From Malacoraja senta (lineage: Eukaryota): a stretch of DNA of 64,000 nucleotides. Of this stretch, positions 13,993-26,528 are shown piece after piece. A program made the position numbers and the translations under genes. How positions within the stretch are numbered: the stretch's first letter is position 1; each line of letters begins with the position of its first letter. The notes under the pieces were generated by a model. The model saw only the letters and a list, made by a program, of their open reading frames with translations. It made no database searches and was not told the origin of the DNA. The stretch lies in the NCBI GenBank assembly GCA_038087875.1, contig CM075995.1, positions 8,372,001 to 8,436,000 on the forward strand, read 5' to 3'.

Positions 13993-14842
13993 GTGGGTGT
14001 CCCTCCCTGTTGATGATAGCATTTAGGGGGCGGCACGGTGGCGCAGCGGGTAGAGCTGCTGCCTCACAGCGCCAGGGACCCGGGTTCCATCCTGTTTGTA
14101 CGTTCTCTCCGTGATAGCGTGGGTTTTTCACGTACAGTTTGTTATGTCTAGTTATCGAAGTAGCATTTAAACGTACGGGTTTTAAGATAAGGAGTAAGCC
14201 ATTTAGAACGGAGACGAGGAAACACTTTTTCTCACAGAGAGTGGTGAGTCTGTGGAATTCTCTGCCTCAGAGGGCGGTGGAGGCAGGTTCTCTGGATGCT
14301 TTCAAGAGAGAGCTAGATAGGGCTCTTAAAGATAGCGGAGTCAGGGGATATGGGAGAAGGCAGGAACGGGGTACTGATTGGGGATGATCAGCCATGATCA
14401 CATTGAATGGCGGTGCTGGCTCGAAGGGCCAAATGGCCTACTCCTGCACCCTATTGTCTATTGGGTCCACCACTGATTTTCATAGGCAACTGTTGGTCTG
14501 ACCTCTCCTATAACGTGGACAAATCTATCCCCCCCCCCCCCCCCCACTGGCGGTCCCCCCCGATAGCGTGTGTCACCTAGGCCGTGTGAGGCGGCCGATC
14601 TCAATCTCATCGGGATTTCCGCGGCCGATGAACGGGTGGAATTTGGCCCTCCGTGCCCGGGGCTCTGGAACTCCAGCCAGGCTGGAGCCGACAGATCCGT
14701 TCCCACGGCCGATGTTGCCGGCCGGCGTCTCGGCCCCCCTCAAGTCCATCAAAAGGTATAATCCAGAAAAGGCTCTGGAACCAAGGTGCCGGCAGCTTTA
14801 TAAGTCCATGGTGTTTAAAACATGTTATGTATGATGTAAACA

Positions 14843-15630
14843 AGGGCGGTCACGGTGGCGCAGCGGTAGAGTTGCTGCCTTACAGCCAATGCAGCGCCGG
14901 AGACCCGGGTTCCATCCCGACCACGGGCGCTGTCTGTACGGAGTTTGTACGCTCTCCCCGTGACCCGCGTGGGTTTTCTCCGAGATCTTCGGTTTCCTCC
15001 CACACTCCAAAGACGTGCAGGTTTGTAGGTTAATTGGCTTGGTGTAAAATGTAAAAATTGTCCCTAGTGCGTGCAGGATGATGTTAATTCAGGAAGGTTA
15101 ATTCCCGGGATGGCGGGACTGTCATATGCTGAGAGAATGGAGCGGCTGGGCTTGTACACTCTGGAGTTTAGAAGGATGAGAGGGAATCTTATTGAAACAT
15201 ATAAGATTGGTAAGAGTTTGGACACGCTGGAGGCAGGAAACATGTTGGGGGAGTCCAGAACCTGGGGCCACAGTTTAAGAATAAGGGGTAAGCCATTTAG
15301 AACAGAGACGAGGAAAAACTTTTTCACACAGAGAGTTGTGAGTCTGTGGAATCTCTGCCTCAGAGGGCGGTGGAGGCAGGTTCTCTGATGCTTTCAAGAG
15401 AGAGCTAGATAGGGCTCTTAAAAATAGCGGAGTCAGGGGATTTGGGGAGAAGGCAGGAACAGGGTACTGATTGGGGATGATCAGCCATGATCACATTGAA
15501 TGGCGGTGCTGGCTCGAAGGGCCGAATGGCCTCCTCCTGCACCTGTTGTCTATAATGTGCGGGGATCGCTGGTCAGTGCGGACCCGGTGGGCCGAAGGGC
15601 CTGTTTCCGCGCTGTATCTCCAACTAAACT
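14843..15630 (+). mobile_element. HE1-type V-SINE interrupted by a CR1 3' fragment (about 15090-15553)
   Basis: SINE head and body at 14843-15085; SINE tail resumes at 15555. Confidence 0.8.
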
Positions 15631-15852
15631 CTCTCCCTCTCTCTCTCTCGCTCCATGTGGGAATGGTCAACCCAGCTGGCCCCAGGTTGAACCTGTTCAG
15701 TGCCACCCTCGTGTATACTCGCGTCATGACCGATAATGAGAAACACACCTGGCAGTGAACAGGTTAAAGCCTCGTGGAGATGGTGAACGCAATTCTTTGG
15801 TGAATGAGCCTGGGAAATTGGAACAGTTTCCTCTTTTGTTTCCCCCCCCAAG

Positions 15853-15994
15853 GGTCTGAAGATGGAGTGGTGCCATATCTGCTGCAGCTGTTGGAAGGAG
15901 TAGGACTCGAGAAGGTCGAAAACCAGCCGCCACGAAGGCCCAGATAGTCAATGCACTGAAATCAATGACTCGCAGCCTGCAGCATGGTGAACAG
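15853..15994 (+). CDS. DNAJC13: DNAJC13 exon, GLKME/[43 protein letters not shown] (apparent -1 indels near 15868 and 15923)
   Basis: Pyrimidine tract plus ag acceptor, gtaggc donor; 142 nt where 144 are needed; matches recalled LVPYLLKLLEG...[24 protein letters not shown]. Confidence 0.92.
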
Positions 15995-16116
15995 GTAGGC
16001 TGTGCTCACTCTCTACATTCCTCACTGTGACATGCAGAACCGTGAAGGCCTGGATAGAGTGGATGTGGGGAGGATGTTTCCACTGCTGGGGAGAGTCTCG
16101 GACTGGAGGTCCCAGC

Positions 16117-16508
16117 CAAAGATCTACAGCAAGCAAGATAGATCACTCGACGAAAAAGACGTAGTACGGTCATGGTCAGATTCATGGGTTATTTTCGGCC
16201 CCATTTCCGTAACCGGCTTCCGTCTCCGCACAAAAGATCCCGTAGGATTCTAGTGCGGAGACGGAAGCCGGTTACGGAAACATCCTCGTAAAAATAAAAG
16301 TTATTTGGTAAAAATCCTCTCCTCATTTCAGAATTATAATTTATTAACACAAACTGTTCCCCCGCAACGTTGATTACACTGCGAGTCGGGTCGGGTCGGG
16401 TTACGGAAATGATGAAAAAAAGGCCCACGTTCCGCTCTGTTGCGTACTACACGTCAGCCCATTGCATTTAGCAGGAGTGGTCTATCTTGCTCCGCTATAG
16501 GATCTTTG
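16117..16508. mobile_element. hAT-type MITE
   Basis: Terminal inverted repeat caaagatc(c)ta.agc; 8-bp target-site duplication gtcccagc at 16109-16116 and 16509-16516; inserted in a CR1 fragment. Confidence 0.88.
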
Positions 16509-16889
16509 GTCCCAGCCTCAGAATTCAAGGACGTTTCTTTAGGAAGGAGATGAGGAAGAATTCCTTTAGACAAAGGATGGTGAATCTGTGAATTCTTTGG
16601 TCAAATCAGTAGTTTTTTAGGCAGATATAGATAGATTCTTGATTTAATACGGGTGTCACGGGTTATGGGGAGAAGGCAGGAGAATGGGGTTAGGAGGGAG
16701 AGATAGATCAGCCGTGATCGAATGGCGGAGTAGCCTTCATGGGCCGAATGGACTAATTCAACTCCTATCACTTATGACCTCATGACCTTGCATCATGTCA
16801 TAAGTTCACGTTCAGAAATGATAGGAGCAGAAATTAGGCCATTCGGCCCATCAAGTCTACGCCATTCAATCATGGTGGATCTATCTCTA

Positions 16890-18612
16890 TTTATTATGGG
16901 GAACAAGGAAATGGCAGATGAGTTGAACAGGTACTTTGGATCTGTCTTCACTAAGGAGGACACAAACAATCTTCCTGATGTACTCGTGGCCAGAGGATCT
17001 GGGGTGACGGAGGAACTGAAGGAAATCCACATTAGGCAGGAAATGGTGTTCGGTAACTGATGGGACTGAAGGCTGATAAATCCCCAGGGCCTGATGGTCT
17101 GCATCCCAGGGTACTTAAGGAAGTGACTCTAGAAATCATGACGCATTGGTGATATTTTCCAATGTTCTATAGATTCAGATCAGTTCCTGTGGATTGGAGG
17201 GTAGCTAATGTTATCCCACTTTTTAAGAAAGGCGGGAGAGAGAAAACAGGAATTATAGACCAGTTAGCCTGACATCGGTGGTGGGGAAGATGCTGGAGTC
17301 AATTATAAAAGATGAAATAGCGGCACATTTGATAGCAGTAACAGGATCGTCCGAGTCAGCATGGATTTACGAAGGAAATCATGCTTGACTAATCTTCTGG
17401 AATTTTTTGAGGATGTAACTAGGAAATGGACAAGGGAGAGCCAGTGGATGTAGTGTACATGACTTTCAGAAAGCATTTGATAAGGTCCCACATAGGAGAT
17501 TAGTGGGGCAAAATTAGGGCACATGGTATTGGGGGTAGAGTGCTGACATGGATAGAAAGTTGGTTGGCAGACAGGAAACAAGAGTAGGGATTACGGGACC
17601 CTTTCAGAATGGCAGGCAGTGACTATTGGGTACCTCAAGGCTCGGTACTGGGACCGCAGCTATTTACAATATACATCATTTGGATGAAGGGATTCAAAGT
17701 AACATTAGCATATTTACAGATGACACAAAGCTGGGTGGCAGTGTGAACTGTGAGAGGATGCTATGAGAATGCAGGGTGACTTGGACAGGTTGTGTGAGTG
17801 GGCAGATGCATGGCAGATGCAGTTTAATGTGGATAAATGAGGTTATCCACTTTGGTGGCAAAAACAGAAAGGCAGATTATTATCTAAATGATGTCAAGTT
17901 GGGAAAAGGGAAGTACAACGGGATCTGGGGGGTCCTTGTTCATCAGTCAATGAAAGTAAGCATGCAGGTACAGCAGACTGTGAAGAAAGCAAATGGCATG
18001 TGGCCTTTATAACAAGAGGAATTGAGTATAGGAGTGAAGAGGTTAGGGTACAGGGCCCTAGTGAGACCACACCTGGAGTATTGAGTGCGGTTTTGGTCTC
18101 CAAACTTGAGGAAGGACATTCTTGCGATTGAGGGAGTGCAGCGTAGGTTCACGGATGGCGGGACTGTCATATTTTGATAGATTGGTGCGGCTGGGCTTGT
18201 ACACTCTGGAATTTAGAAGGATGAGAGGGTATCTTATTGAAACATATAAGATTATTAAGGGTTTGGACATGCTAGAGGCAGGAAACATGTTCCCGATGTT
18301 GGGGAGTCCAGAACCAGGGGCCATAGTTTAAGAATAAGTGGTAAGCCATTTAGAACGGACATGAGGAAAAACTTTTTCACACAGAGAGTGGTGAGTCTGT
18401 GGAATTCTCTGCCTCAGAGGGCGGCGGGGGCTGGTTCTCTGGATGCTTTCAAGAGAGAGTTAGATAGAGCTCTTAGGGATAGTGGAGTTGAGGGATATGG
18501 AGAGAAGGCAGGAACGGGGTACTGATTGTGGATGATCAGCCATGATCACATTGAATGGCGGTGCTGGCTCCAAGGGCTGAATGGCCTACTCCTGCACCTA
18601 TTGTCTATTGTC
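16890..18612 (+). mobile_element. CR1/HER1 LINE 3' half with many single-base deletions
   Basis: KSPGPDG and reverse transcriptase motifs broken by frequent -1 indels; CTATTGT tail. Confidence 0.9.
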
Positions 18613-20008
18613 TCTTTCTCCCTCCTAACCCCATTCTCCTGCCTTATCTACTGTAGATAGGCACATGGATATGCAGGGAATGGATCACAGTGCAGGCAGA
18701 GGAGATTAGTTTAACTTGGCATCATGTTTGGCACAGACATTCTGGGCCGAAGGGCCTGTTCCTGGGCTTTAGAGACCTAGTGCAAAAATAGCCCCAAGTT
18801 CATCGCAACCAGCGATCACGCCGTCCACTAACGTTATCCTACACACCAGGGACAATTTACAATTTTTCCCAAAAGCTAATAAACCTACAAACCCGCACTT
18901 CTTGCTATTGAGGGAGTGCAGCGTAGGTTCACCAGGTTAATTCCCGGGAAGGCGGGACTGACGTATGAGAAAGAATGGAGCGGCTGGGCTTGTATTCACT
19001 GGAATTTAGAAGGATGAGAGGGGATCTTATGGAAACATATAAAATTCTTACGGGATTGGACGCTTGATGCAGGAAAACTGTTCCCGATGTTGGGGGAGTC
19101 CAGAACCAGGGGGTCACAGTTTAAGAATAAGGGGTAGGCCATTTAGGACTGGGATGAGGAAAAACCTTTTCACCCAGAGTTGTGAATCTATGGAATTCTC
19201 TACCACAAAAGGCAGTGGAGGCCGATTCACTGGATGTTTTCAAGAGAGAGTTGGCTCAAGGGATATGGGGAGAAAGCAGGAACGGGGGTACTGATTTAGG
19301 ACGATCAGCCATGATCATATCGAATGGCGGTGCTGGCTCGAAGGTTCGAACGGCCTACTCCTGCACCTATTTTCTATGTTGTTTGGGACTTGGAGGAAAC
19401 CGGAGCACCCAGAGAAAACCCACGTGGTCACAGGGAAAACATACAAACTCTGTACAGGCAGCACCCTCGGTCAGGGTGGAACCCGGGCCTCTGCCGCTGT
19501 GAGGCAGCAACTCTACCAGCTGCACCACTGTACTAAGCAGCAGGCTACATGGTTTAGGTTGGTTTAAATGTTTCCATCGCTTTGAATGCATACATTTCTG
19601 GCAATGCCTTTGACATTTTCACTATTTTCTAAGGAAGGTCAACATTTGCAGCTTGGCACGGTTTGGACAACTGGCATTGTTTACACACACAGTCATCTGG
19701 AAAATGGTCACAATCGAATTTGTTTCGTAGAGTGAGAGCGTGGAAACAGGCCCTTCAGCCCAACTCGCCCACACCGGCCAACATGTCCCATCTACACTAG
19801 TCCCACCTGCCTGCGCTTGGTCCATATCCCTCCAAACTTGTCCTATCCTTGTACCTGTCCAAATGTTTCCTCAACGTTGGGACAGTCCAGCCTCAACTAC
19901 CTCCTCTGGCAGCTCGTTCCATACACCCGCCACCCTCTGTGTGATAAAGTTACCCCTCGGATTCCTATTAAATCTTTTTCCCCTTCACCTTGAACCTATG
20001 TCCTCTTG

Positions 20009-20441
20009 GTAGACAAAAGTGCTGGAGAAACTCAGCGGGGTGCAGCAGCATCTATGGAGCGAAGGAATTAGGCAACGTTTCGGGCCGAAACCCTTCTTCA
20101 GACTGATGGAGGGTGGGGGGGCGGGGAGAAGAAAGGAAAAAGGAAGAGGAGGACCCCGAGGGCTAAGGAGAGCTGAGAAGGGGAGGAGACAGCAAGGGCT
20201 ACCGGAAATTGGAGAGGTCAATGTTTATGCCGCTAGGGTGCAGACTGCCCAAACGGAATATGAGGTGCTGCTCCTCCAATTTCCGGTGGTGCTCACTCTG
20301 GCCATGGAGGAGGCCCAGGACAGAAAGGTCGGATTCGGAATGGGAGGGGGAGTTGAAGTGATGAGCCACCGGGAGGTCAGGTTGGTTAATGCGGACCGAG
20401 CGGAGGTGTCCGGTGGAAACGATCGCCAAACCTACGCTTGG
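20009..20441 (-). mobile_element. Penelope-like element 3' fragment (GIY-YIG C-terminus, terminal repeat with hammerhead motif)
   Basis: HLRSVRINQPDLPVAHHFNSPSH...LEEQHLIFRLGSLHPSGINID; CTGAAGA...GAAACGTT motif at about 20074-20101. Confidence 0.88.
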
Positions 20442-20581
20442 TGCTCTGGCCCTCAATTCCCCTACCCTGGGCAAGAGACTCTGTGCGTCTACCCAATCTA
20501 TTCCTCTCCTGATTTTGTACACCTCTATAAGAACACCCCCCTCCTCATCCTCCTCACTATTTAAACACAATTTTTCTTCAG

Positions 20582-20681
20582 GTGAATGAAATCCTGAGTC
20601 GTTCATCTGTGTGGAGTGCCTTTAAAGACCAGAAGCATGATCTATTCATTTCTGAGTCGCAAACGTCAGGATATCTTACAG
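20582..20681 (+). CDS. DNAJC13: DNAJC13 penultimate exon, [33 protein letters not shown](G)
   Basis: ttcttcag acceptor and gtgagt donor; near-identical to recalled vertebrate sequence; ends in phase 1. Confidence 0.96.
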
Positions 20682-20756
20682 GTGAGTGATATTTCATCAG
20701 GGGGTGATAACTGTGTGAGATGTAACTTCAAAACCCAACTACTGACGGCAGATAAA

Positions 20757-21132
20757 CACAGAGTGCTGGAGTAACTCAGCGGGTCAGGCAGCATCTGTGA
20801 GAACATGGATAGGTGACGTTTCACAGAGTGCTGGAGTAACTCAGCGGGTCAGCAGCATCTGTGGAGAACATGGATAGGTGACGTTTCACAGAGTGCTGGA
20901 GTAACTCAGCGGGTCAGGCAGCATCTGTGGAGAACATGGATAGATGACGTTTCACAGAGTGCTGGAGTAACTCAGCGGGTCAGGCAGCATCTGTGGAGAA
21001 CATGGATAGTGACGTTTCACAGAGTGCTGGAGTAACTCAGCGGGTCAGGCAGCATCTGTGGGGAACATGGATAGGTGACGTTTCACAGAGTGCTGGAGTA
21101 ACTCAGCGGGTCAGGCAGCATCTGTGGAGAAC
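20757..21132 (-). repeat. Tandem array of about 5.7 copies of the same 66-bp unit
   Basis: cacagagtgctggagtaactcagcgggtcaggcagcatctgtggagaacatggataggtgacgttt repeated. Confidence 0.93.
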
Positions 21133-21589
21133 ACGGACTCTCAGTCTGAAGAAGGGTCTCGACCGAAACGTCACCCATTCCTTTGTCCAGAGATGCTGCC
21201 CGTCCCGCTGAGTGACTCCAGCATTTGTGTCTCACCTTTACACTGTTTATTCTATTGCTACTAAAAACTCTTTGAGTTGTTTAAAGATTAACAGTAACTC
21301 GAAATAACTTGTGCTTTGCTGCTTAATGTTCCAGCCTGCAAGAAGAGCGTGATGCTTGTCTCTCTGCTTGCTCCTGTCACTTTCTGTCTATCTCTTTCTC
21401 TCTTTCCCTAGGTGCCCTCACCTTCCCTCCTTACTGGCACTAGTCCTCTCCACCTGAGAAGTGGCTTTAGGGCTGCTTTGACAGGCTCAATGTTCAATTC
21501 TTAACTGTGCAGCAAGGTAGATACCACCTTCCTCATGCTTGTTTTGGTCTTTGCTCATGCAGTTGTGGTCACGGTATTGTGGGTTCAGT

Positions 21590-22698
21590 ATTGATGTGGA
21601 TAGAGAACTGGCTGGCAGAGGAAGCAAAGAGTAGGAGTAAACGGGTCCTTTTCACAATGGCAGGCAGTGACTAGTGGGGTACCGCAAGGCTCAGTGCTGG
21701 GACCCCAGCTATTTACAATATATATTAATGATTTGGACGAGGGAATTGAATGCAACATCTCCAAGTTTGCGGATGACACGAAAACTGGGGGGGGCAGTGT
21801 TAGCTGTGAGGAGGATGTTGGGAGGCTGCAAGGTGACTTGGATAGGTTGGGTGAGTGGGCAAATGCATGGCAGATGTAGTATAATGTGGATAAATGTGAG
21901 GTTATCCACTTTGGTGGCAAGAACAGGAAAGTAGACTATTATCTGAATGGTGGCCCGATTAGGAAAAGGGGAGATGCAACGAGACCTGGTTGTCATGGTA
22001 CACCAGTCATTGAAAGTAGGCATGCAGGTGCAGCAGGCAGTGAAGAAAGCGAATGGTATGTTAGCATTCATAGCAAAAGGATTTGAGTATAGGAGCAGGA
22101 GGTTCTACTGCAGTTGTACAGGGCCTTGGTGAGACCACACCTGGAGTATTATGTACAGTTTTGGTCTCCTAATCTGAGGAAATACATTCTTGCCATAGAG
22201 GGAGTACAGAGAAGGTTCACCAGACTGGTTCCTGGGATGGCAGGACTTTCATATGAAGAAAGACTGGATAGACTCGGCTTGTACTCTTTAGAATTTAGAA
22301 GATTGAGGGGGATCTTATAGAAACGTACAAAATTCTTAAGGGGTTGGACAGGCTAGATGCAGGAAGATTGTTCCCGATGTCGGGGAAGTCCAGGACAAGG
22401 GGTCACAGTTTAAGGATAAGGGGGAAGTCTTTTAGGACCGAGATGAGAAAATCATTTTTCACACAGAGAGTGGTGAATCTCTGGAACTCTCTGCCACAGA
22501 AGGTAGTCGAGGCCAGTTCATTGGCTATATTTAAGAGGGAGTTAGATGTGGCCCTTGTGGCTAAAGGGATCAGGGGGTATGGAGAGAAGGCAGGTACAGG
22601 ATACTGAGTTGGATGATCAGCCATGATCATATTGAATGGCGGTGCAGGCTCGAAGGGCCGAATGGCCTACTCCCGCACCTATTTTCTATGTTTCTATG
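21590..22698 (+). mobile_element. CR1/HER1 LINE 3' fragment
   Basis: [11 protein letters not shown] and KFADDTK motifs; CR1 3' end and tctatgtt tail. Confidence 0.9.
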
Positions 22699-25600
22699 TG
22701 TCCGAGGTGCTTTGTATAAAGAAATACATGTGCAGGCAGCCAAAACTCATAGCAAACGCAGCAGACATATTGTGGGCATTCACTTCATCCCTGCCGCCTC
22801 TGAAGCATTTTTAACCGAAAAACGTTGTTGCACAAATTATATGTACTTGTCCGAGACCCCCCCCCAAACCCGAATGAACTATTTCCAAATATAATCCATA
22901 TCTAGACTTCCCGGGTGGGAGATTTTTGTTAGAGCAGAGGGTACAGCTTTAAGCTGAGAAGGCCACAGTTGAAGGGAGTTGTGTGGGGCCAGGTATTTAC
23001 TTTTAAGGTGGGTGGGTGGTGGGCGCCTGGAACGCGCTGCCAGGGGTGGTGGCGGAGTTAGATACGATAGTGGCGTTTAGAAGGCGCCTGGGTTTGCACC
23101 TGCAGGGGTAGGGATCGCGTGCCGGCAGATCAGTGTTGGTTTGAGCATCATGTGCAGCACACAGACGCTGTGGGCCGAAGGGCCTCAGCCTGAGCTGTCC
23201 TGTTCCATATATACCCTTCTCCAGATCACATGAGGTGCTTGTACAGTCGGCCCAAAATCGCTGCAAATCCAAACCTTTTTTGCGTGGATTCACTGCGTTA
23301 CTGCCTTATGCGGCAGAGGGGCTGGATGGGCCTCAGTGTGTGGCGTTTTGGGATTGATAATTTGGATATAGGCTGAAAAGACCTCGGATCCAAAAGTCCC
23401 GTACTGGCGGGGAAATGAAAAGGAACATGTGATAATACACAATAGACAATAGGTGCAGGAGTAGGCCATTCGGCCCTTCGACCCAGCACCACCATTCAAT
23501 GTGATATGGCTGATCATCCCCAATCAGTACCCCGTTCCTGCCTTCTCCCCATATCCCCTGACTCCGCTATCTTTAAGAGCCCTATCTAGCTCTCTCTTGA
23601 AAGCATCCAGAGAACCGGCCTCCACCGCCCTCTGAGGCAGAGAATTCCACAGACTCACCACTCTCTGTGAGAAAAAGTGTTTCCTCGTCTCCGTTCTAAA
23701 TGGCTTACTCCTTATTCTTAAACTGTGTCCCCTGGTTCTGGACTCCCCCAACATCGAGAACATGTTTCCTGCCTCTAGCGTGTCCAAACCCTCAACAATC
23801 TTATATGTTTCAATGAGATCCCTCTCATCCTTCTAAACCCCAGAGTGTAAAAGACCAGCTGCTCCATTCTCTCAGCATATGACAGTCCCGCCATCCCGGG
23901 AATTAACCTTGTAAACCTACGCTGCGCTCCCTCAATAGCAATCGTGGCACTAAGGAGACTTCTCGATGGGCACATGGGCATGGAGGGATATGGAGCACAC
24001 ACACACACACAGGCAGAGGAGATCAGCATAGCTAGGCCTCATACACAGCACAAACATTGTGAGCCATTCTTTGCAGCGCTGTACGGTTGTATGTGTGTTT
24101 TGTAAGTGAAGTCCAAATGTCCTTTGAACTTTTGTATCTTGTACTTGTCAATCTGGTGTCGGGGGGTTACGGGGAGAAGGCAGGAGAATGGGGTTAGGAG
24201 GGAGAGATAGATCAACCGTGATTGAATGGCGGAGTAGGCTCGATGGGCCGAATGGCCTAATTCTGCCACCTATCATATACCTAACATGCCACCTAACATA
24301 TAGGATTGTTAAGGGCTTGGACACGCCAGAGGCAGGAAACATGTTCCCGATGTTGGGGGAGTCCAGAACCAGGGGCCACACAGTTTAAGAATAAGGAGTA
24401 AGCCATTTAGAACGGAGACGAGGAAACACTTTTTCTCACAGAGAGTGGTGAGTCTGTGGAATTCTCTGCCTCAGAGGGCGGAGGAGGTAGGTTCTCTGGA
24501 TGCTTTCAAGAGAGAGCTAGATAGGGCTCTTAAAGATAGCGGAGTCAGGGGATATGGGGAGAAGGCAGGAACGGGGTACTGATTGGGGATGATCAGCCAT
24601 GATCACATTGAATGTCGGTGCTGGCTCGAAGGCCGAATGGCCTACTCCTGCACCTATTGTCTGTTGTCTATCACTTACGACCTTGTATTGGAGGCTAAGC
24701 GATGGATATTTTTAAGGTGGAGATTGACATAAAGTTAGATAGAGCTCTTATTATGGCTAGCTCTTTTTGGTTAGTACGGGTGTCGGGGGGTTATGGGACG
24801 AAGGTGGAGAATGGGGGTTGAGAGGAAAGATAGGTTGGAAACTGAAGAGCAACATTTTCACACAGAGGGTGGCGGGTGTATGGAACGCCTAGCCAGAGGA
24901 TGGTAGACACAAAATGCTGGATCAACTCAGCGGGCGAGGCAGCATCTATGGTCTCGACCCAAAACGTCGCCAATTCCTTCTCTCCATAGATGCTGCCTCG
25001 CCCGCTGAGTTTCTCCAGCATTTTGTGTCTTACATAGAAACATAGAAAATAGGTGCAGGAGGAGGCCATTCGGCCCTTCGAGCCAGCACCGCCATTCATT
25101 GCGATCATGGCTGATTGTCCCCTATCAATAACCCGTGCCTGCCTTCTCCCCATATCCCTTGACTCCACTAGCCCCTAGAGCTCTATCTAACTCTCTCTTA
25201 AATCCATCCAGTGATTTGGCCTCCACTGCTCTTCTGTGGCAGGGAATTCCACAAATTCACAACTCTCTGGGTGAAAAAGTGTTTTTACTCACTTCAGTCT
25301 AAAATGGCCTCCCCTTTATTCTAAGATTACCTTCGATTTTACCAGCATCTGCATTTCTGTCTTATAGACCTGTCCCACAGTTCATTCCAAGAGCCCTCCC
25401 GAGTTTGCCCTGATTCGAACTCGGAGATTTACGGTAATGGCCACTCGTCGGTACTCGGGGCTCTCGTGGACATTTTTTCAACACGTTGAAAAATCTTCAC
25501 GAGTCTTCCCGTGCTTACCTGCCGTTAGCGAGTCTTCCCGAGTACCTGCCGTTAGCGTTACGAGCCGTCCCCGAGCTCCGACGTACCCGCTACGTTCATT

Positions 25601-25792
25601 CTCCGTGCTTACCACGAGTTTGATTTTTTAAAAACTCGGGAGAGCACTTGGAATGAACTCGCACCGTGGGACAGGGGCTATAAGACAGAAATGCAGATGC
25701 TGGTAAAGTCGAGGATAATCTTAGAATAAAGGGGAGGCCATTTAAGACTGAGGTGAGAAAAAAAATATCGTAAGACACTTGGATAGGTACAC

Positions 25793-25992
25793 NNNNNNNN
25801 NNNNNNNNNNNNNNNNNNNNNNNNNNNNNNNNNNNNNNNNNNNNNNNNNNNNNNNNNNNNNNNNNNNNNNNNNNNNNNNNNNNNNNNNNNNNNNNNNNNN
25901 NNNNNNNNNNNNNNNNNNNNNNNNNNNNNNNNNNNNNNNNNNNNNNNNNNNNNNNNNNNNNNNNNNNNNNNNNNNNNNNNNNNNNNNNNNNN
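25793..25992. other. Assembly gap (200 N)
   Basis: Run of N. Confidence 1.
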
Positions 25993-26348
25993 AAGGACTT
26001 TTTTTAGGAAGGAGATGAGGAGCATTTATTTAGTCAGAGGGTGGTGAATCTGTGGGATTCTTTGCCACAGACGGCTGTGGAGGTCGTCAGTGCATATATT
26101 TAAAGCAGAGATAGATAGATTTGTGATTAGTACGGGTGCCAGTGGCTATGGGGAGAAGAATGGGGTTAGCAGGGAGAGATAGATCAGCCACGATTGAATG
26201 GTGGAGTGGTCTTGATGGGCCGAATGGCCTAATTCTGCTCCTATCGCTGATGACCTTGGCAGCACACAAGGGTGGCCAGCTTCTGGCGTTGACAGTCACA
26301 TCAAGTTCATTGGACTTCTGTAATGTCCATGTGTTCTTGTGTTCGCAG

Positions 26349-26430
26349 GTCCGGTTGGCCACCAGTGGACGATGAGGATGGATCCCGAGAGCTGACTCAT
26401 TATGCTGTCCCAGAGGTGGAAGACCAGTGA
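26349..26430 (+). CDS. DNAJC13: Probable DNAJC13 last coding exon, GPV(G)/PPVDDEDGSRELTHYAVPEVEDQ* (needs a one-base correction)
   Basis: gttcgcag acceptor; phase-1 reading starts GP; an adjacent frame gives PPVDDEDG, resembling recalled PPVDHEAG; ATTAAA follows at 26523. Confidence 0.55.
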
Positions 26431-26522
26431 GGCTTTAACAGCACGGCAATCATCTCTGTAAGCTCAGATCACCGATTACCTTCACCTGTTGAGTTGGAAC
26501 TCTTTCACCTGCAATGCAAACT

Positions 26523-26528
26523 ATTAAA
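26523..26528 (+). terminator. Candidate poly(A) signal (ATTAAA) for DNAJC13
   Basis: ATTAAA about 90 nt after the putative stop, in non-repetitive sequence. Confidence 0.3.
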
